Below, piece by piece: positions 1-11,342 of a stretch of DNA of 45,382 bases. The DNA comes from Malacoraja senta (Eukaryota). Numbering within the stretch: the first letter of the stretch is position 1; each line of letters begins with the position of its first letter. The stretch covers positions 62,001-107,382 of the forward strand of contig JAXLNO010000111.1 of the NCBI GenBank assembly GCA_038087875.1. The letters are read 5' to 3'. Position numbers and translations under genes: made by a program. Below the pieces are notes generated by a model. It saw only the letters and a list, made by a program, of their open reading frames with translations. It did no database searches and was not told where the DNA came from.

Positions 1-430
1 ATTCCGGCGGGAAAGTTGCCGTTGCGGGAGCTCCGAAAAGCGGTCTCCCACCAGGGACCTGTGAGCTCCCGATGTTCCTGTCCATCGGGCCTGTGGCCGG
101 AGCCTCCGAAGCTCCGAAGTCGGGTCGCAACCGCGCGCCACCACAGCTCTCCCCGGTCCAAAGTCGGCCAGGTCCGCAATGGCGAGTCTGCAGGCTCCGC
201 GACTGGAGCCCTCAGGTTGGTTCCGGTTGGAGGCCGCCGCCGGCTCCACGATGTTAGAACCAACGACACCGGAGACCCGACAGGGAAAAAGTCGGGTCCC
301 CGTACAGGGAAGAGATTAAAAAGTTCCCCCCCACATATACACTGCTAAAAAATAATAAAAACTATAATCAAAAACATACATTTAACGGGACAAAAATTAA
401 AAAAAAAGACAGACGGACTGCAGTCGAGGC
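1..430 (-). mobile_element. 5' portion of a CpG-rich non-autonomous retroposon, related to the 1015-1647 element
   Basis: Reverse complement of ~330-430 (gcctcgactgcagtccgtctgtcttt...) matches the 5' end of the 1015 element (gcagcctcgccaacagtctgtctgtctttt...). Truncated by the window edge. Confidence 0.6.
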
Positions 431-1014
431 AGAGAGCTAGGGAAGGCATCCTTCAGTTATGACAACTTACACCTGCAGAAGAGTCAGCCATGAAAGAGGT
501 AACTAGAGTATCTCAATGCAAGACTATCAGCAACGGTAAGACAGAAACCTCCCAGCTACTTTGAGACAGAATTACGCATGATCCAGCCACTAGAAAAGTG
601 CACTCACTCAAGTAAACTTGAAGACAGTAGCAAGCGAGAAATTATTATGTGCATAATATTAAGCGTAAAACATGCCTACCTTGACAGTTCTAATTTAGGA
701 GCAAATCTCCCTTAGGACATTTAACCTGACACCCAAGACTTATAACAGGATAATGACTGTACCTCAGAGTCATTGTCACATGCCTTATGCCAACCACGTA
801 CCTACCCACACTTCAGTGGGCCCTTGGATTACCCATGTGTGATTTACGCATCACTCTGCAGTTTGCAGTCGGTGCTTCTGTCAGTGGACGGGATGGTTGG
901 GGAAGAGTGCTTGACTTCTGGATGTCAGATATATGAACTGAAAAAGCCTGAATAAATCTGAGATCAATCTGGTCCTTGTTATAAGTATAAGGGGGTCATA
1001 AAAATATGGGGTAG

Positions 1015-1647
1015 GCGCCGTCAGCGATGGCAGCCTCGCCAACAGTCTGTCTGTCTTTTCGTCTTTTTTGTTATTTTTAGGGTGTTTTAAAAGTATGTGT
1101 GTAATGTTCTCTGGTTTGTTTTATGTGGGGGTTAGCAGGGGGGATCGGGGAAACTTTTTTCAATCTCTGACCTTGGATCGTATGTCCGGTCGCTCTGTGG
1201 CCTAACATCATGGAGCCGGCGGCCTTGCTCGAGACTGACGTTGAGCCCCCCGCGGGGCCGTGGACTTACCATCGGAGCCTGTGATCCCTTGCCTGGGATC
1301 GAAGCTCCAACCGCGGCCTGCGGACTTCAATGAGGAGCTCGCAGTCTCGGGTAGAGACTGATGTTGGGAAGCTCCAAGACCCAGGGATGCGGGAGCTTGA
1401 TCGCCCCGACAACGGAAGGTTGGAGTGCCCCGACCGCGGGAGAACAAAGAATGAAAGAAGAGTGAACTTTTTAACCTTCCATCACAGTGAGGAATGTGGG
1501 GGAGTTGCTGTGGTGGATGTTCATGTTAAAATTTTATTTTGGTGTCTTGTTGCTCTTTATTGGTATGCCTATATGGCAAATCAAATTCCTCGTATGTTTC
1601 AAAACATACTTGGCTAATAAAGTACTATTATAATTATGATTATGATT
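1015..1647 (+). mobile_element. Apparently full-length non-autonomous LINE-derived retroposon with Rex1/Babar-like 3' tail
   Basis: Ends in caaattcctcgtatg...catacttggctAATAAA followed by a (TTATGA)n tail. 5'-truncated copies at 29881-30270 and 34283-34600. It interrupts a CR1 fragment between ggggtaggc and taggactgagatg. Confidence 0.7.
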
Positions 1648-1905
1648 TAGGACTGAGATGTGGAAAAACTTTTTCACCCAGAGAGTTGTGAATCTGTGGA
1701 ATTCAGTGGAGGCAGTGGAAGCCAATTCACTGGATGTTTTCAAGAGGGTTAGATTTAGCTCTTAGGGCTAAAGGAATCAAGGGATATGGGGGAAAAGCAG
1801 GAACGGGATACTGATTTTAGATGATCAGCCATGATCATATTGAATGACAATGCTGGCTCAAAGGGCCGAATGGCCTACTCCTGCACCTATTTTTCTATGT
1901 TTCTA
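1648..1905 (+). mobile_element. CR1/HER1 LINE 3' end
   Basis: ORF2 end (ttcacccagagagttgtgaatctgtgg) and 3'UTR aagggccgaatggcctactcctgcacctattttctatgtttcta, as in the copy at 9164-11342. Confidence 0.9.
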
Positions 1906-2268
1906 AAATAGCTGACTATGGTTGCATCCCGTGCATCCTCCTTCTCTTCCTCATCCACTGGAAAGTCTTAGTCTCCAACCATCCCACACTCATTCACTGA
2001 AGAGCAGCACTTTAGATACCATTAATTAGTATGACGAGTGGCTTTTAATTGAAGCTACTAAAGTAACTCTCCAGGATTTTGATGGCTTGCCCACTCACAA
2101 TGTATATTTATACCTTTCCGGGCATCATTGGTTGTTCCTCAAGGTATTTCATTTTTAAGCAGTCAGCAGCTCAACTTGTTATTATGAGCAAAGAAATCAC
2201 TTGCAACCCAAACTGTCACCTATCCACGTTCTCCAGAGATGGTGCCTGACCTGCTGTGTTACTCCTTA

Positions 2269-2339
2269 TGCGCATTGTGTAGGATGATGGCAGGAAACCT
2301 TGTGCGCATTGTGTAGGATGATGGCAGGAAACCTTGTGC
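2269..2339. repeat. 34-bp perfect tandem duplication
   Basis: tgcgcattgtgtaggatgatggcaggaaaccttg x2 (2269-2302, 2303-2336). Confidence 0.95.
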
Positions 2340-2417
2340 ATGGATATCCTTTCTGATATGTGTGGTATTGGCATGTTCATGGAACAGAAGTCCTTCCAGT
2401 TCATGAATAATACTTTT

Positions 2418-2722
2418 AGTTTTAGTTTCAGAGATCCAGCGTGGAAACAGGGGCTTCGGTCCACAAAGTCCATACACTAGTTCTATCCTACACACTAGGC
2501 ACAATTTACAGAAGCCAATTAACCTACAAACCTGCACATCTTTGGAATGTGGGAGGAAACCCGAGCACCCGGTGAAAACCCATGCAGAACGTACAATGTG
2601 CAGAATGTGGATTTAAGCGGTCACAGGGAGAGTGTACAAACTCCACACAGACAGCACCTGCAGTCAGGATCAAACCCAGGTCTCTGACGCTGCAAGGCAT
2701 CAACTCTGCCGCTGCACCACCA
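2418..2722 (-). mobile_element. HE1-type tRNA-derived V-SINE
   Basis: On the minus strand: tRNA-like head (ggtggtgcagcggcagag...gggtttgatcctga), V-domain-like core (gtgtggagtttgtacactctccctgtg), CR1-like tail ending (ctaaa)n. Confidence 0.85.
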
Positions 2723-2949
2723 TGCTGGTACTTGTAGATTTCTTTTATGAAGCTGCGTGCTCAAGCAAATAAAATGATTTGGATGAATTGTGAACAAAAC
2801 ATCTTTTTTGAAGGAGGTTAACTCAACAAATGATAGTATCTGATTCAAGAATGTATCAAGGTCATATCACATTCTACATTCAACCTCATGGTTTCTTTCC
2901 TGAGTGACTTTTGCACTGGGCTTCCATGAACTTCCCAAAGCATGGTAGT

Positions 2950-3465
2950 CAGTACAGCACAGAAACAGGCCCTTTGGCCTACCGTGTCCATGCTGACCAT
3001 GTTGGCATATTGGGCTAGTTCCATTTGCCTGCTTTTGACATATCTCTGTGAACTTATCCTATCCATATACAAGTCCAAGTGATGTCCACTTCAGTAGCTT
3101 TCTCTAGCAGCTCATTCTAGATACGAACTACCACCTGAGTGAAAAGGTTGCCCTGAGGTCCCTCTTAAATCACTCCCCTCTCACCTTAAGCCTATGCCAT
3201 TCAGTTTTTAATCCTCCACCTGCAAAAAAGAATGTGAGTGTTCCCTTTATCCATTCTCCTCATGATCTTCTGCACCTGAAGAAGATCAGCCCTCAGCCTC
3301 TTATGCGCCTAAGAAAAAGTCCCAGCCTATTCAACTTCTCCCTGTAACTTAAGTACAGGTAATATGCTGGTGAATCTCTTTTGCACCCCTTCCAACATCG
3401 TGACATCCATCCTATAGCTGGGCAACTAGAACTGCACGCAATAATCCAAGGATGGTCTTACCAAT
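2950..3465 (-). mobile_element. Older CR1 LINE 3' fragment
   Basis: Degenerate reverse complement of CR1 ORF2 C-terminus and 3'UTR (acaggccctttggcc; ctggtgaatctcttttgcaccc; agaactgcacgcaata). Confidence 0.75.
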
Positions 3466-4116
3466 GGCAGCATCATGGTGTTCCATCTTTTGTGCTCAAT
3501 ACTCTCCCATAATGGGAGAGTAGACTACCATTGGAGGGAGCCGAGAAGTTGCAGACAATATTGCAGCCTTGAGGATTTCCCTTGAGTGACTGGAAGCAGC
3601 TTTGGTTGCAGAATTTGTGGAGAGAAGTTCTTTGGAAAACGTCAAATTTGTAATGATTTATATAATAGATGTACATTTAATTACAGATATGCCAGTGCAA
3701 TGTACTTCAGACCATTGCTGCAAAATTAAGTCATGTTGTTCCAAACAGTGCCTATATTGGGTGCTCACAAAACCAACAGGTGAATTTTGCAGTGGTTCTT
3801 CCAGAGCAAGTCACAACCAAAGTTAGATATTCCCATTTCAATGCAGTTCTTTACTGGTTCCCAATAGAGCTTCCACACTCTGCTCTGTCTCCACCCTTGC
3901 ACTTGTCAAGCTAATGGTCCTCGGGCAACATGCCACCCATGAACTATCCAATGATTGCCATACTAATCAATCCTTCCAAGCAATCATTGGATTTTCTACC
4001 ACTGCACTCTCTCCTAGATCTCCTTCTAGACCCTGATGGCCCCATTTCTAGCTTCTGAGACATGGCACTCTCTCCACAGTCACACCCTGGACCTAACCCC
4101 ACTTCTCGAATAATAT

Positions 4117-4403
4117 CTTTAGACTTTAGAATTTACTTTAGAGATACAGTGAGGAAACAGGCCCTTCAGCCCAATGAGTCCATGCTTACCAACGAACACC
4201 CCCGCACACCAGCACTAGCCTACCCACTGGGGACAATTTTCAATTTTTCCCAATGCCAATTAATCCACAAACCTGTACATCTTTGAAGTGTAGGAGGAAA
4301 CCGGAGCATGCATAGAAAACCCCCATGGTCACAGGGAGAACGTACAAACTCCGTACAGACAGCGCCCGTAGTCAGGATCGAACCCGGGTCTCTGGCGCTG
4401 TAA
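4117..4403 (-). mobile_element. HE1-type V-SINE, head interrupted by the element at 4404
   Basis: Same consensus as the other copies; breaks at ggcgctgTAA. Confidence 0.85.
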
Positions 4404-4712
4404 AACCCCTGTCTCACGGTGCGAGCTGACCCACGAGGTACGCCGAGCTTAAAACAAATTTAAGTCGTGGTAATCACGTACAATTAACGTAGCGGGAACG
4501 TCGGAACTCGTGGACGCAACTTAGCGACTCTTGGCGCTAACGGCAGGTACCCGTGACACTTGTTAACTCTTGGAAAAATTCAAACATGTTTAAACTTTTC
4601 CACGAGTTAAATGTACTCTTGAGGTTAAAATTTGAAACATTTAAACATGTTGTAAGAACGTAGTGGCCCGTGCGTTTACCTTAGTGACTCGTGAGTCTAC
4701 CGTGGGAACTCT
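4404..4712. mobile_element. Partial Harbinger-like MITE (one end only)
   Basis: Begins TAA|AACCCCTGTCTCAC, resembling the AGGGCCTGTCCCAC TIR of the other MITEs; CpG-rich; no matching right TIR seen. Confidence 0.5.
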
Positions 4713-4778
4713 TTAACTCAGCAGGCAGGCAGCATCTCTGGAGAGAAGGAATGGGTGATGGGATGACATTTCCAAATT

Positions 4779-5192
4779 GGGGGGGGGTGGGAGGAGGGAG
4801 GTGGGGGGGGGTGGAGGGGAGAGGGTGGAGAGTGGAGGGAGAGGAGGGGGAGACAGATGGAGGTGTCTTCATTCACTGGCGGCGGGTGCCGGTCACTGAA
4901 ACAGGTAGGTGAGATTTAACATCCACCTTGTGTGTGTGTCTCTCTCTCTCCCTCCCTCTCACAGGCTGAGAGACTCTGCCTCTGTGAGTGTACGTTTCTT
5001 TCTCCCCCTCCCACACACAGTAAGACCGAGGTAAGTCCATCTGTGTCTCCCACATACACAGTAAACTCTGCTTTGTGTGTGTATATACACGTCTCCCCCC
5101 ATTCCTCCCACACACACAGATAGACCGAGGTCCTGTGCGCTCTTTCTCTCTCCCCCACAGTCATGCCGAAGTACACCACACTGCCTCTGTGC

Positions 5193-5223
<31 letters not shown>

Positions 5224-5470
5224 CCTCTCTCCTTCATACAGTCAGAGGTTCACACTGTCTCTGTCTCTCTCTCTCCCCCCCTACACACACACACACACAG
5301 ACTGAGGTACACACTGCCCGTTGTGTGTGTGTGTCTGCCTCTGTCTCTCTCTCCCACACACAGAGTGGCCGCAGAGTGACCGGAGATGCGATATGGAAAA
5401 TAATCGCATCTCAGGCGAGGTAAGACCCTGAAAAAAAAATATCCCCCGACCCCCATCCCCTCCCTCCACA
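4779..5470. repeat. G-run tract followed by compound (CT)n/(CA)n low-complexity array
   Basis: G-runs at 4779-4850, then alternating CT, CA and GT microsatellites with a recurring gaggt(a/t)cacactg motif. Confidence 0.8.
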
Positions 5471-5709
5471 TAAAACAAACCAGAGTCATAAACATAAGCG
5501 GCACAAACTCTTTTCTGTGCTCCTCACAATCACAATGCCCATCAGCTGAATTGGTAAAGTGCCCCCAAAAATGCTGCTCAATGGAATTGGGAGTACAAAA
5601 CAAATTACAGAAAGTTTAGAAATGTGGAGATGACTACAAGCTGCAGTGAAAGACCCATTCTCTCCTTACAATACTAAGATGGACCTGACCAGTACAAGAA
5701 TATTGTAAA

Positions 5710-5830
5710 AACACAAAGCTGCATATGCTGGTTGATACACAAAATGCTTGAACAACTCAACGGGTCAGGCAGCATCTCGGGAGAACATGGATTTGTGAGG
5801 TTTTGGGTTGAGACCCTTCATCAGACTGAT
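5710..5830 (-). mobile_element. Short Penelope-terminal-repeat-derived element with degenerate hammerhead-like motif
   Basis: Reverse complement reads agtctgatgaagggtctcaacccaaaacctca...gagatgctgcctgacccgttgagtt. Confidence 0.75.
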
Positions 5831-6066
5831 TTTCCTTTTCCCACCTCAAATGGTGATGTTAGTCTCTAAACTTTATTCTATCCTAATCCAAAAATAATAT
5901 GAACTAAAAACACAACTCTTGAAATGGCACTGTTAATTGTCGCCTCATGGCCTGCCTACCTCAATTCTGGTTTGGCTTCTGCCAGGTCAAAGTCACCAGG
6001 GGTTCTGTACACCCCGTAACTCAACTTCCTTGTATACCATTGTGGGACAAACCCACAGATGAGGGT

Positions 6067-6297
6067 GGTTCAGTGGCGCAGTGGGAGAGTTGTTGCCTTA
6101 CAGCGCCAGAGACCCAGGTTCTATCTTGACCATGAGTGCTGTCTCTCCCTGGGACCGTGTGGGTTTTCTCCAGATGCTCCGTGAAAATTGTAAATTGCCA
6201 CTAGTGTGTAGGATAGTGTTAGTGTATGGGGTGATTGCTGGTTGGCACAGATCCGGAAAGCCGAAGAGCCTGTTTCCAAGCTGTATCTCTAAACTAA
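6067..6297 (+). mobile_element. HE1-type V-SINE (internally deleted)
   Basis: cagtggcgcagtgggagagttgttgccttacagcgccagagacccaggtt...gctgtatctctaaactaa. Confidence 0.85.
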
Positions 6298-6394
6298 CGG
6301 AAATGAGATGGGTGTTGATGACTGCTGGACGGCAGGCGTAGACTGCAGGAGGAAAGGTCGGTTCCACACTGCATGACTCTGTCAAGTCAGAGGA

Positions 6395-6640
6395 TAGACA
6401 ATAGACAATAGGTGCAGGGGTAGGCCATTCGGCCCCTCGAGCCAGCACCGCCATTTAATGTGATCATGGCTGATCATCCACAATCAGTACCCCGTTCCTG
6501 CCTTCTCACCATATCTCTTGACTCTGCTATCTTTAACAGCTCTATCTAACTCTCTTGAAACTATCCAGAGAATTGGCATCCACTGTCTTCTGAGGCAGAG
6601 AACTCCAAAGATTCACAACTCCCTGGGTGAAAACGTTTTT
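6395..6640 (-). mobile_element. CR1 LINE 3' end
   Basis: (tagacaa)n tail, then ggtgcaggggtaggccattcggccc and the ORF2 end in reverse. Confidence 0.9.
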
Positions 6641-7245
6641 CAACCCTGCTTCAGTGAGATGGGATTTTGCCAGGAACAGCTGTGGCAGTATTTAAACAAC
6701 AGTCGCAGACCTGCAACAGAGGAAGATAACATGCACTCTGAACAGATGAAGCAGCTTGCTCTAGACGGAATAAAAGTGAACACACTCTCAGCTCCAAACT
6801 CTGCTATTGTGCAACATCCAAGTTTCAATAGCGATGGACAATTAAACAACAAATGGGATGAAGAGGCTCTATGAACATCCCTTGGATACCAGTACATGAA
6901 AATAAAATGTCCAGGCAAACATCTTCAGCCCGAAGCGGATGATTAACTTTGGCTTCCTCCTCTGGATCTTGCCTTCACAGAAGGCAGTTGTCAGGCAAAT
7001 TGAAAGCAAGGGATGTCTCCACACTATGTAGTTTAGTTTAGTTTAGGGACAGAGATACAGCATGGAAACAGGTCCTTTGGCAACTGTAGTGCTGTGCCAC
7101 CGTGCCACTCTTTGCTGGTTACAGCAACTGCATCAATACCAATACAAAACTATTTATTTTGAAAGAGATCCAAATTTCAGCTGGGATTTCTTTTAAGGAG
7201 TTTCTCTTTTCAATGAGCTCTAAGCTGAGGCATTGGATTCATGTG

Positions 7246-7527
7246 GATGCAACAGTGGTACAGTTGCTGCCTTACACGCCAGAGACCCGGGTTCGATCCA
7301 GACTATGGGTGCTGTCCGTACAGAATTAGTACGTTCTCCCTATGACCCTGTGGCTTTTCTGGTTTCCTCCCACACTACAAAGATGTACAGGATTGTAGAT
7401 TAATTGGCTTCGGAAAATAGTAAATTGTCCCTAGTATGAAGGATAGTGTTAGTGTACGGGGTGATCGCTGGTCGGCAAGGACTAGGTCGGCCAAAGGGCC
7501 TGTTTCCGTGCTGTACCTCTGAATTAA
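7246..7527 (+). mobile_element. HE1-type V-SINE
   Basis: B-box-like gggttcgatcc, V core and CR1-like tail. Confidence 0.85.
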
Positions 7528-8580
7528 ATTCAGCAGAGGGCTATTCTTCTCATGTTTCAGTTAACGCTTATCCATCAAGCATCAGAAATAGTTGTCCACC
7601 TTACTGTTGCCTATTGGTCTTTCCTACATCTAACACAGTCAACACAATATTTCTTCATTTATACTTGGGATATTCATGGGAAGGCTACATGTTCTTCTTA
7701 CATTCTGGAATATTCAGAGAGATACTGACAGAAATGAGTGATCTATTCGACCAATTCAAAAGGCAATCAGAATTCAAGTATATTAGCAGAATGGGTAGGA
7801 ACGCAGGTTTGCTTTCGAGAACAACATTAATGAAATAATTAGGCCATCAAACTATTCATGCTTATTTTTAATGGCAGGAGATTTTGTTTTCATTACCAGA
7901 ATTTAAACCCCATTAAAATGTTCAAACCAACGTAACACAAAACAAAATCATTTATTAGATTTCTTGTCCAAACCTATTCAGCAACAGTGAAAGTGTATTG
8001 GGAGCAATGCACCGGCTGAGGTTTGCTGAGATTTCAAGATAAATACATGCGAGTCTTTCCTAGCTTGAACATAATACTTATTTCCTTTCAGGTTAGATAC
8101 ATTTCTCCACATAAGATTCCAGATACAGTGGATGGCAGGAGCTGTTCTCCGTAAATTGCCTACCAGACCCATTTTACCCCATCCAATGGCAAAAATGTTG
8201 CTGATGACGGGAATCTGAAACGAAGAGAACATTTTGGAAATGCTCAGCAGGAACTAACAGCACAGCTGGTGAAAGAAACAGAATGAACACTTCAGGTCTT
8301 CCATCAAAACTGGAAAAGCTCAAAATGAAACTAGTTTTAAGTTGCAAAGATATTGGAATGAAGGGAACAAAAAAAAGGAAGGTCTTTAGTAGGAAGGGGG
8401 TGCAGAGAGATTGGATGGCACATGGAGATAGTGGTGCTGGGCTCAAATACAAGAGGGAGATTTTGTCTGTGGGAGGAGTAGAGGAGTGAATTTAATCTGA
8501 ATTACCAGGAGATGTGGAAGAAATCAAAACATGAGTTGAAATGCAAGTTACAAGACTGGAATGGATAATTACCTGAAACT

Positions 8581-8788
8581 AAAGACAGACACAAATTGCT
8601 GGAGAAACTCAACGGGGGAGGCAGCATCCCTGGAGGAAAAGAATGGGTGACATCTCAGGTCAGCACCCTTCTTCAATGTCACCCATCCATTTTGTCCAGA
8701 GATGCTACCTGGGTCACTGAGTTACTCCAGCACTTTATGTCCATCTTTGGTAAAAAACAGTATCTGCAGTTCTTTGTTTCTACAGATG
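8581..8788. mobile_element. Head-to-head (palindromic) Penelope-derived short element
   Basis: Inverted arms (gacacaaattgctggag... / ...ctccagcactttatgtcc) flanked by 10-bp direct repeat ACCTGAAACT (8571-8580, 8789-8798). Confidence 0.8.
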
Positions 8789-9163
8789 ACCTGAAACTTT
8801 TGAGTTCAAAATGAAGGTTCAAAAGAAAGGCTGGATAGAAGTGAAGGTGCAGTTGCTCGAGCACACATTGAACTTCATTGGAACAATGTAAGAGATCAAA
8901 GATCAGATTGGGAGTAGAATGGAAAGTTACATTGATGGCCAAGGGGAATTTTAACTTAAGGGCCTGTCCCACTTACGTGTCTGTGGCATGCAAATTACGC
9001 TACCTCGTGGTCACGTTGAGGTGCACGGGCATCATATGGCGCGCAGAGCCTGTCCCACTGAGAAGCGGGAGGGGTATGTAGTTGTGTGCGACATCACGCG
9101 GGGCTCCGAGATTTTTGTAGCAAACAAAATCTTCGCGAGCCAACGGCCGGTCGCGTAACTGAT

Positions 9164-11342
9164 AGAAACATAGAAACATAGAAACATAGAAAATAGGTGC
9201 AGGAGTAGGCCATTCGGCCCTTCGTGCCTGCACCGCCATTCAATATGATCATGGCTGATCATCCAACTCAGTATCCTGTACCTGCCTTCTCTCCATACCC
9301 CCTGATCCCTTTAGCCACAAGGGCCACATCTAACTCCCTCTTAAATATAGCCAATGAACTGGCCTCAACTATATTCTGTGGCAGAGAATTCCACAGATTC
9401 ACCACTCTCTGTGTAAAAAAATGTTTTTCTCATCTCAGTCCTAAAGGATTTCCCCTTTATCTTTAAACTGTGACCCCTTGTTCTGGACTCCCCCAACATC
9501 GGGAACAATCTTCCTGCATCTAGCCTGTCCAACCTCTTAAGAATTTTGTAAGTTTCTATAAGATCCCCCCTCAGTCTTCTAAATTCCAGCGAGTACAAGC
9601 CGAGTCTATCCAGTCTTTCCTCATATGAAAGTCCTGACATCCCAGGAATCAGTCTGGTGAACCTTCTTTGCACTCCCTCTATGGCAAGAATGTCCTTCCT
9701 CAGATTAGGAGACCAAAACTGTACGCAATACTCCAGGTGTGGTCTCACCAAGACCCTGTACAACTGCAGTAGAACCTCCCTGCTCCTATACTCAAATCCT
9801 TTTGCTATGAATGCTAACATACCATTCGCTTTCTTCACTGCCTGCTGTACCTGCATGCCCACTTTCAATGACTGGTGTACCATGACACCCAGGTCTCGTT
9901 GCATCTCCCCTTTTCCTAATCGGCCACCATTCAGGTAATAGTCTACTTTCCTGTTTTTGCCACCAAAGTGGATAACCTCACATTTATCCACATTATACTG
10001 CATATGCCATGCATTTGCCCACTCACCCAGCCTATCCAAGTCATCTTGCAGCCTCCTAGCACCCTCCTCACAGCTAACACTGCCCCCCAGCTTCGTGTCA
10101 TCCGTAAACTTGGAGATGTAGCATTCAATTCCCTCGTCCAGATCATTAATATGTATTGTAAAAAGCTGAGGTCCTAGCACTGAGCCTTGCGGTACCCCAC
10201 TTGTCACTGCCTGCCATTCTGAAAAGGACCCGTTTACTCCTACTCTTTGCTTCCTGTCTGCCAGCCAGTTCTCTATCCACATCAATACTGAACCCCCAAT
10301 ACCATGTGCTTTAAGTTTGTATATTACTCTGTTATGTGGGACCTTGTCGAAAGCCTTCTGAAAGTCCAGATATAACACATCCACTGGTTCTCCCATATCC
10401 ACTCTACTAGTTACATCCTCAAAAAATTCTATAAGATTCGTCAGACATGATTTACCTTTAATAAATCCATGCTGACTTTGTCCAATGATTTCACCATTTT
10501 CCAAATGTGTTGCTATCCCATCTTTAATAACTGACTCTAGCAGTTTACCCACTACCGATGTTAGACTAACTGGTCTGTAATTCCCCGTTTTCTCTCTCCC
10601 TCCCTTTTTAAAAAGTGGGGTTACATTAGCTACCCTCCAATCATCAGGAACTACTCCAGAATCTAAAGAGTTTTGAAACATTATCACTAATGCATCCACT
10701 ATTTCTGGGGCTACTTCCTTACGTACTCTGGGATGCAGCCTATCTGGCCCTGGGGATTTATCTGCCTTTAATTCATTCAATTTACCTAACACCACTTCCC
10801 GGCTAACATGGATTTCCCTCAGTTCCTCCATCTCATTTGACCCCCGGTCCCCTGCTATTTCCAGCAGATTAATTAAGTCTTCCTTAGTGAAGACAGAACC
10901 AAAGTAGTTATTCAATTGGTCTGCCATGTCCTTGTTCCCCATGATCAGTTCACCTGTTTCTAACTGCAAGGGACCTACATTTGTTTTAACTAATCTTTGT
11001 CTCTTGACATATCTATAAAAACTTTTGCAGTCAGATTTTATGTTCCCTGCCAGTTTTCTTTCATAATCTATTTTCCCTTTCCTAATTAAACCCTTTGTCC
11101 TCCCCTGCTGGACTCTGAATTTCTCCCAGTCCTCTGGTAGGCTGCTTTTTCTGGCTAATTTGTATGCTTCATCTTTTGTTTTGATACTATCCCTGATTTC
11201 CCTTGTTATCCACGGATGCACTAACTTCCCTGATTTATTCTTTTGCCAAACTGGGATGAACAATTGTTGTAGTTCATCCATGCAGCCTTTAAATGCCTTC
11301 CATTGCATATCCATCGTCAACCCTTTAAGAATCAATTGCAGT
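9164..11342 (-). mobile_element. Young 5'-truncated CR1 LINE (~2.2 kb)
   Basis: (tagaaaca)n tail, 3'UTR, long open ORF2 segment; flanked by CTGAT at 9159-9163 and 11343-11347. Confidence 0.95.
9365..11342 (-). pseudogene. CR1 ORF2 reverse-transcriptase fragment (no endonuclease domain)
   Basis: RT motifs KSPGPD, NYRPVSLTS, QHGF, YLDFQKAFD, GVPQGSVLGP, and FTDD in place of the usual FADD. C-terminal frameshift in the A-run near 9415, judged against the copy at 26230-26469 which reads FTQRVVNLWNSLP. Confidence 0.9.

Noticed and set aside
800..940. Minus-strand exon reading VHISDIQKSSTLPQP...
   Set aside because: Acceptor is plausible but the donor is ambiguous and no protein family is recognised.
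4873..5603. Cluster of overlapping short ORFs
   Set aside because: Artefacts of CT/CA microsatellites lacking stop codons.
6640..6710. Minus-strand acceptor (cttcctctgttgcag) as the next exon after the signal-peptide candidate
   Set aside because: The phase-1 frame stops after 23 codons (GLRLLFKY...KQG*), there is no good donor and no recognisable domain.
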